DNA from: Neodothiora populina
Taxonomy: Eukaryota
Direction of reading: 5' to 3'
Length of the DNA stretch: 64,000 nt
NCBI RefSeq assembly: GCF_041146345.1
Contig: NW_027191419.1
Location: 310,001 to 374,000 of the forward strand
The position numbers and the translations under genes were made by a program. A model generated the notes under the pieces. It saw only the letters and a list, made by a program, of their open reading frames with translations, did no database searches and had not been told where the DNA came from. This document shows, piece after piece, positions 60,557 through 64,000 of the stretch. Positions within the stretch are counted from its first letter, which is position 1. Every line of letters begins with the position of its first letter.

Positions 60557-63123
60557 ATGACAACCAACGGTCCTGAACCGTCGTCCCCGACCGCTCGTAG
60601 CGGGCGAAGTAATGACTGCTGTCCATCGTCGCCCATCAGCATTCCTGACTGCTTGCCACAAACTTGCTGCTGTGGAAACAGCAATTGCACATTCCTGCGG
60701 CAAAGCTATGCAGTAGTCGAAGGGTTAGAGGAAAGTCTTCGAACGGCAGGATCATTGGGTCAGGTACGTTGGTTGGGCGCTTACTTTGCGTGTTCGAGTC
60801 TCTTTCCTTGTCTGTAGTTCTCGTGCAACCATGACCGTTTCACCACAATTTCTGTAATCTCCCCACACCGCGGCAGGCCAAACACAAGAACCATGTCACT
60901 TCCATTCTGATATACAGAGAGTGCGCGCTGCCGAATTTGTGTCTCGGACCTTTACCTGTCTCAGAAGTGTTGTCGCCCACCATGTCGCTGACTTGGTCTC
61001 TACAGGCACTGCTGGTTCGCCACGAGGCGTATGTGGCCGAAGCAGAGAAGGAAAAGTCCAGAATGGGTGCAGAGATCAAGCAATTGTCGACGGAAAAACA
61101 ACAGCTCGAAGTCAAGAATGCTTCGATCACGGAAGAAAATCAGGGTCTACTGTTCCAACTCGAGAGCGTAAACGATGCTGTTACCGAGTCGGACATTCAC
61201 ATACAATCGTTGAATGCTACCCTTCAATCAACGCAGGCTGAACTTCATAAACTCAACAACCTCGCATCTCGGACGGACAGACTCGAGAGAGAGTTGGAGT
61301 TGTATGAGCAAGAACAGGCCAGTCTACAGGCCGCTCTTGCATGCAAAACGGAGCAAGAGCGGTCAGTGACGCTGCGATGGCAAGAAGCCGAGCGTAAATT
61401 AGCCACTCTGGAGGACCAGCTGGATGAAATTCACCGTGAAGCCAAGGAGGAACGGGAACGACATGTGGAAATAGTAGGGCGAATGGAGAGACAAAGAGTG
61501 GTGGAGAAAGAGCTGAATACAGCCAGTGGTCGTCTGCGAGGTGCTGCTGCTGCTAAGACTTCAAATCGTGACAAACATGGCAGCACCGTTGTCTCTCACT
61601 TCGTCAAGGATATTCTACAGGATAACGCAAATCTGCAGATGGGAATCGTCGAACTCCGCGATCTTCTCACCAGCTCTAACGACGAAGTCGAACGGCTGAG
61701 AGAACAGCTCGCCCAGTTTCAGCCCCAGGAACAAGAATTTGATCCCGAGGAACAAACGCTGGACTCGAGGAGACAGAGCAGCCTGGGCTTAGAGATGTCC
61801 AGAGCAAGCACACAGGAACTTCATGTTCACCATCACTACCACGCGCCTTCCGATACTTCGTCACGGAGGCAGAGCCAGACTCTTCGTCGACCTAAGAAGA
61901 AGCGTCAAGGGTTGACACCTGGCGCCTTCGCCCCATCGCTGGGCGCACGAACCCCTCGATCATCAATATCAGCAATCATACCCTTTTCCCCATCTTCTTC
62001 AACAGGACTCGCACCGACGTCGTCGTCGTCCTCCGCTACTATCCTCTCACAAACTGCAGTCACCGTCCCGACGTCCAAGAATCCACCTGCGCGTTGGTCG
62101 ATGCAATCTGCTTACACTTTTGATTCATCCATAGCCAGCTCGCCGCCTTCTACCACCTGTCGAGCCCCGTCGTTGTTCGATCGTGGTTTCAGCGATGCTG
62201 GCATGGACTCTTCCCGACCCACAACCCCCGACAGCGAAGACCTGGGATCACCACTTTTTCTTCCTACGCAGTACCAGTCGAAAAGGGGTTCCGCGGGTTA
62301 TTTTCGGAGCATTCCCGCGCCTCCTTTTCGTCATGGCGGTCAAGATGATACTACGCCGTTCGATCAGTCATCGGATACCATTTCTTATGAAGCTGATGGA
62401 GATATTTCTGCGATGGACCATGGCACCATCCTTGAAGAAGATGAGCCAGATTTGCATGCTGCTGATGATCCAGCGTCTCCTGACCGGCATGCTTCTGACT
62501 TTGCCAAATTCCAAAAAGACAGTAATACACCGCCCAGGACAGACCAGGACATCCCTAATCGCACACATCGCCGAGTTGGGTCCCATGAATCTCTTATATC
62601 GATACATGGCATGGACATTCACACACTGAAATCTCGCCCTTCTCAGCTGCTCACAGCTCGGAGCCCGCGGCCATTCACAGGCGGCCGATCGTTCTCCTCA
62701 CAGCCAGTAGTCAGCGCAACAATGGCACACGCTGCGCGACCTGCCATGACACCCAGAACTTCCGATCCAAGCCACAGCTTACTCAGCGGCATGGCGGCCG
62801 ACCAGAGAGCCATCTCTGCCGGCGCATCCGCAAATAAAGCCCCGGCAAGCAGAAAAGCAGGTGGTTGGTTGTTTGGAAGATGGGGCTTTACTCCGACACC
62901 GACAGTCACGGTGTCTACACCTCTCGAGCACATGAAGGTGCAAAAGGTGCGGGAAACCGCAACGACGACGAAAGCAACTGCGTCACCAACGAAACTACGT
63001 CCCCCGGGCATCAATCAACCAGGCCCGATTCTCGGATTTCGAACACAGCCTGTGAGGGTGCCGCAACCCGTCCTGGTTACCTTGGACGAGGAAGCTCTGC
63101 GGCAAAGCCTTAGCGAGGCTTGA
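60557..63123 (+). CDS. Fungal coiled-coil protein of unknown function
   Basis: Exon 60557-60763 (CCCGNSNC...AGSLGQ), intron 60764-61005, then ALLVRHEAY, a long coiled coil, VVSHFVKDILQDNANLQMGIVELR, ELHVHHHYH, RPPGINQPGPI. Confidence 0.8.
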
Positions 63124-63711
63124 TTTTGTTTTACTGATTGCGAGCGAGCGAGCGTAGCCAACCTACATATGTACCTAAACTTCTGCGTTCTCTTTTGTCT
63201 TGATACCCGGTGCAGGCACTTTGCCTTGCACCTATTCTTGTCTTGCTCTTTTCTAGCCTGTTTCTTGGTACAGTCGCCCTTCTTACTGTAGACGCTCGTT
63301 AGTTCTATCTTTTTCTCAGTTGAAGTTTGCCTATGGTGCGCACTGCAGGTTGAGCGCAGTGGGCTGCGGCAAAGCGCTGGTACATAAGAGTTAGATATAA
63401 TCACCGCTCTATCTATTCTCACTAATGAAATAAATGTACAAATAAAGGAATTTTTTTTGGTTTGGAATACATGCAAGTGATGTTTCTTTTTGGGTGCCGG
63501 TATTGTTGTTTGGGTTACGATGAGAGATGGAAGAGAGTTCTTTCTTCCGCTTCTTGTCAGATGATTTACTTTCTCAGCCACTGTAACAACGACACTGTTT
63601 CAGCCGATTATTCTATTCAGTTTCTTGTCTGGCAAAATCGCATCCTGATCTCCACTGCGGAAGAAGAACCTCTGACGTGACATTTTACAGCAGTTGTGAA
63701 CGTCTCCAGCC

Positions 63712-64000
63712 CTACAACAAATCCACAATAGCCGTGTAAGCTGCCTTGGGCTTAAAGCTGCCATCGAACAGCAAAGGAGTAGACGATGCCCTCCACGAGT
63801 CCGTGTCACGCACACCCCACTCGGTGATACCGATACAGTTCTCGATGTCCAAGCACGCCTGCACGACGGTCTTGTAGTCGGCGGCAGCGGCGCCAGCGAC
63901 GTCGAGCTCGGTGATTGCGCATTCGGGCGCGGCGGCGCAGACGGCCTTGAGGCCCGCGGGCTCGTTGGCCGCGGTCGGGAAGCTGGAGGACTGCAGGTGG
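63712..64000 (-). CDS. Endo-1,4-beta-xylanase, GH10 (3' end only; gene runs off the window)
   Basis: Manual translation HLQSS...CAITELDV...[23 protein letters not shown]...[14 protein letters not shown]...LL*; ITELD carries the GH10 nucleophile. Confidence 0.92.
   Translation of the reverse strand, partial: HLQSSSFPTAANEPAGLKAVCAAAPECAITELDVAGAAAADYKTVVQACLDIENCIGITEWGVRDTDSWRASSTPLLFDGSFKPKAAYTAIVDLL

Overview
Gene-dense, intron-rich window of a filamentous ascomycete (Pezizomycotina) nuclear genome. Introns are short GT-AG type with CTRAY branch points. A Eurotiomycetes/black-yeast affinity is my impression only. I support 26 protein-coding genes by manual splicing; several are missing or fragmented in the ORF track (RPA3, VMA10, PET117, DUF2237, a six-exon zinc-ribbon gene, a partial GH10 xylanase at the right edge). 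I found no tRNA, rRNA, CRISPR or recognisable transposon. Most notable: (i) a TGL2-like lipase whose catalytic A-H-S-M-G-G motif assembles only through a 10-nt plus a 2-nt micro-exon; (ii) a divergent L-rhamnono-lactonase-like / DHDPS-family aldolase pair without the usual dehydrogenase, dehydratase and regulator; (iii) an ENA Na+-ATPase with six PacC-type GCCAAG sites upstream, in a neighbourhood that also holds TRK, PMP3 and V-ATPase G; (iv) an unexplained frameshift in the ELL-like gene; (v) a weak structured-ncRNA candidate near 11.1 kb. All family calls come from motif recognition; no database search was run.
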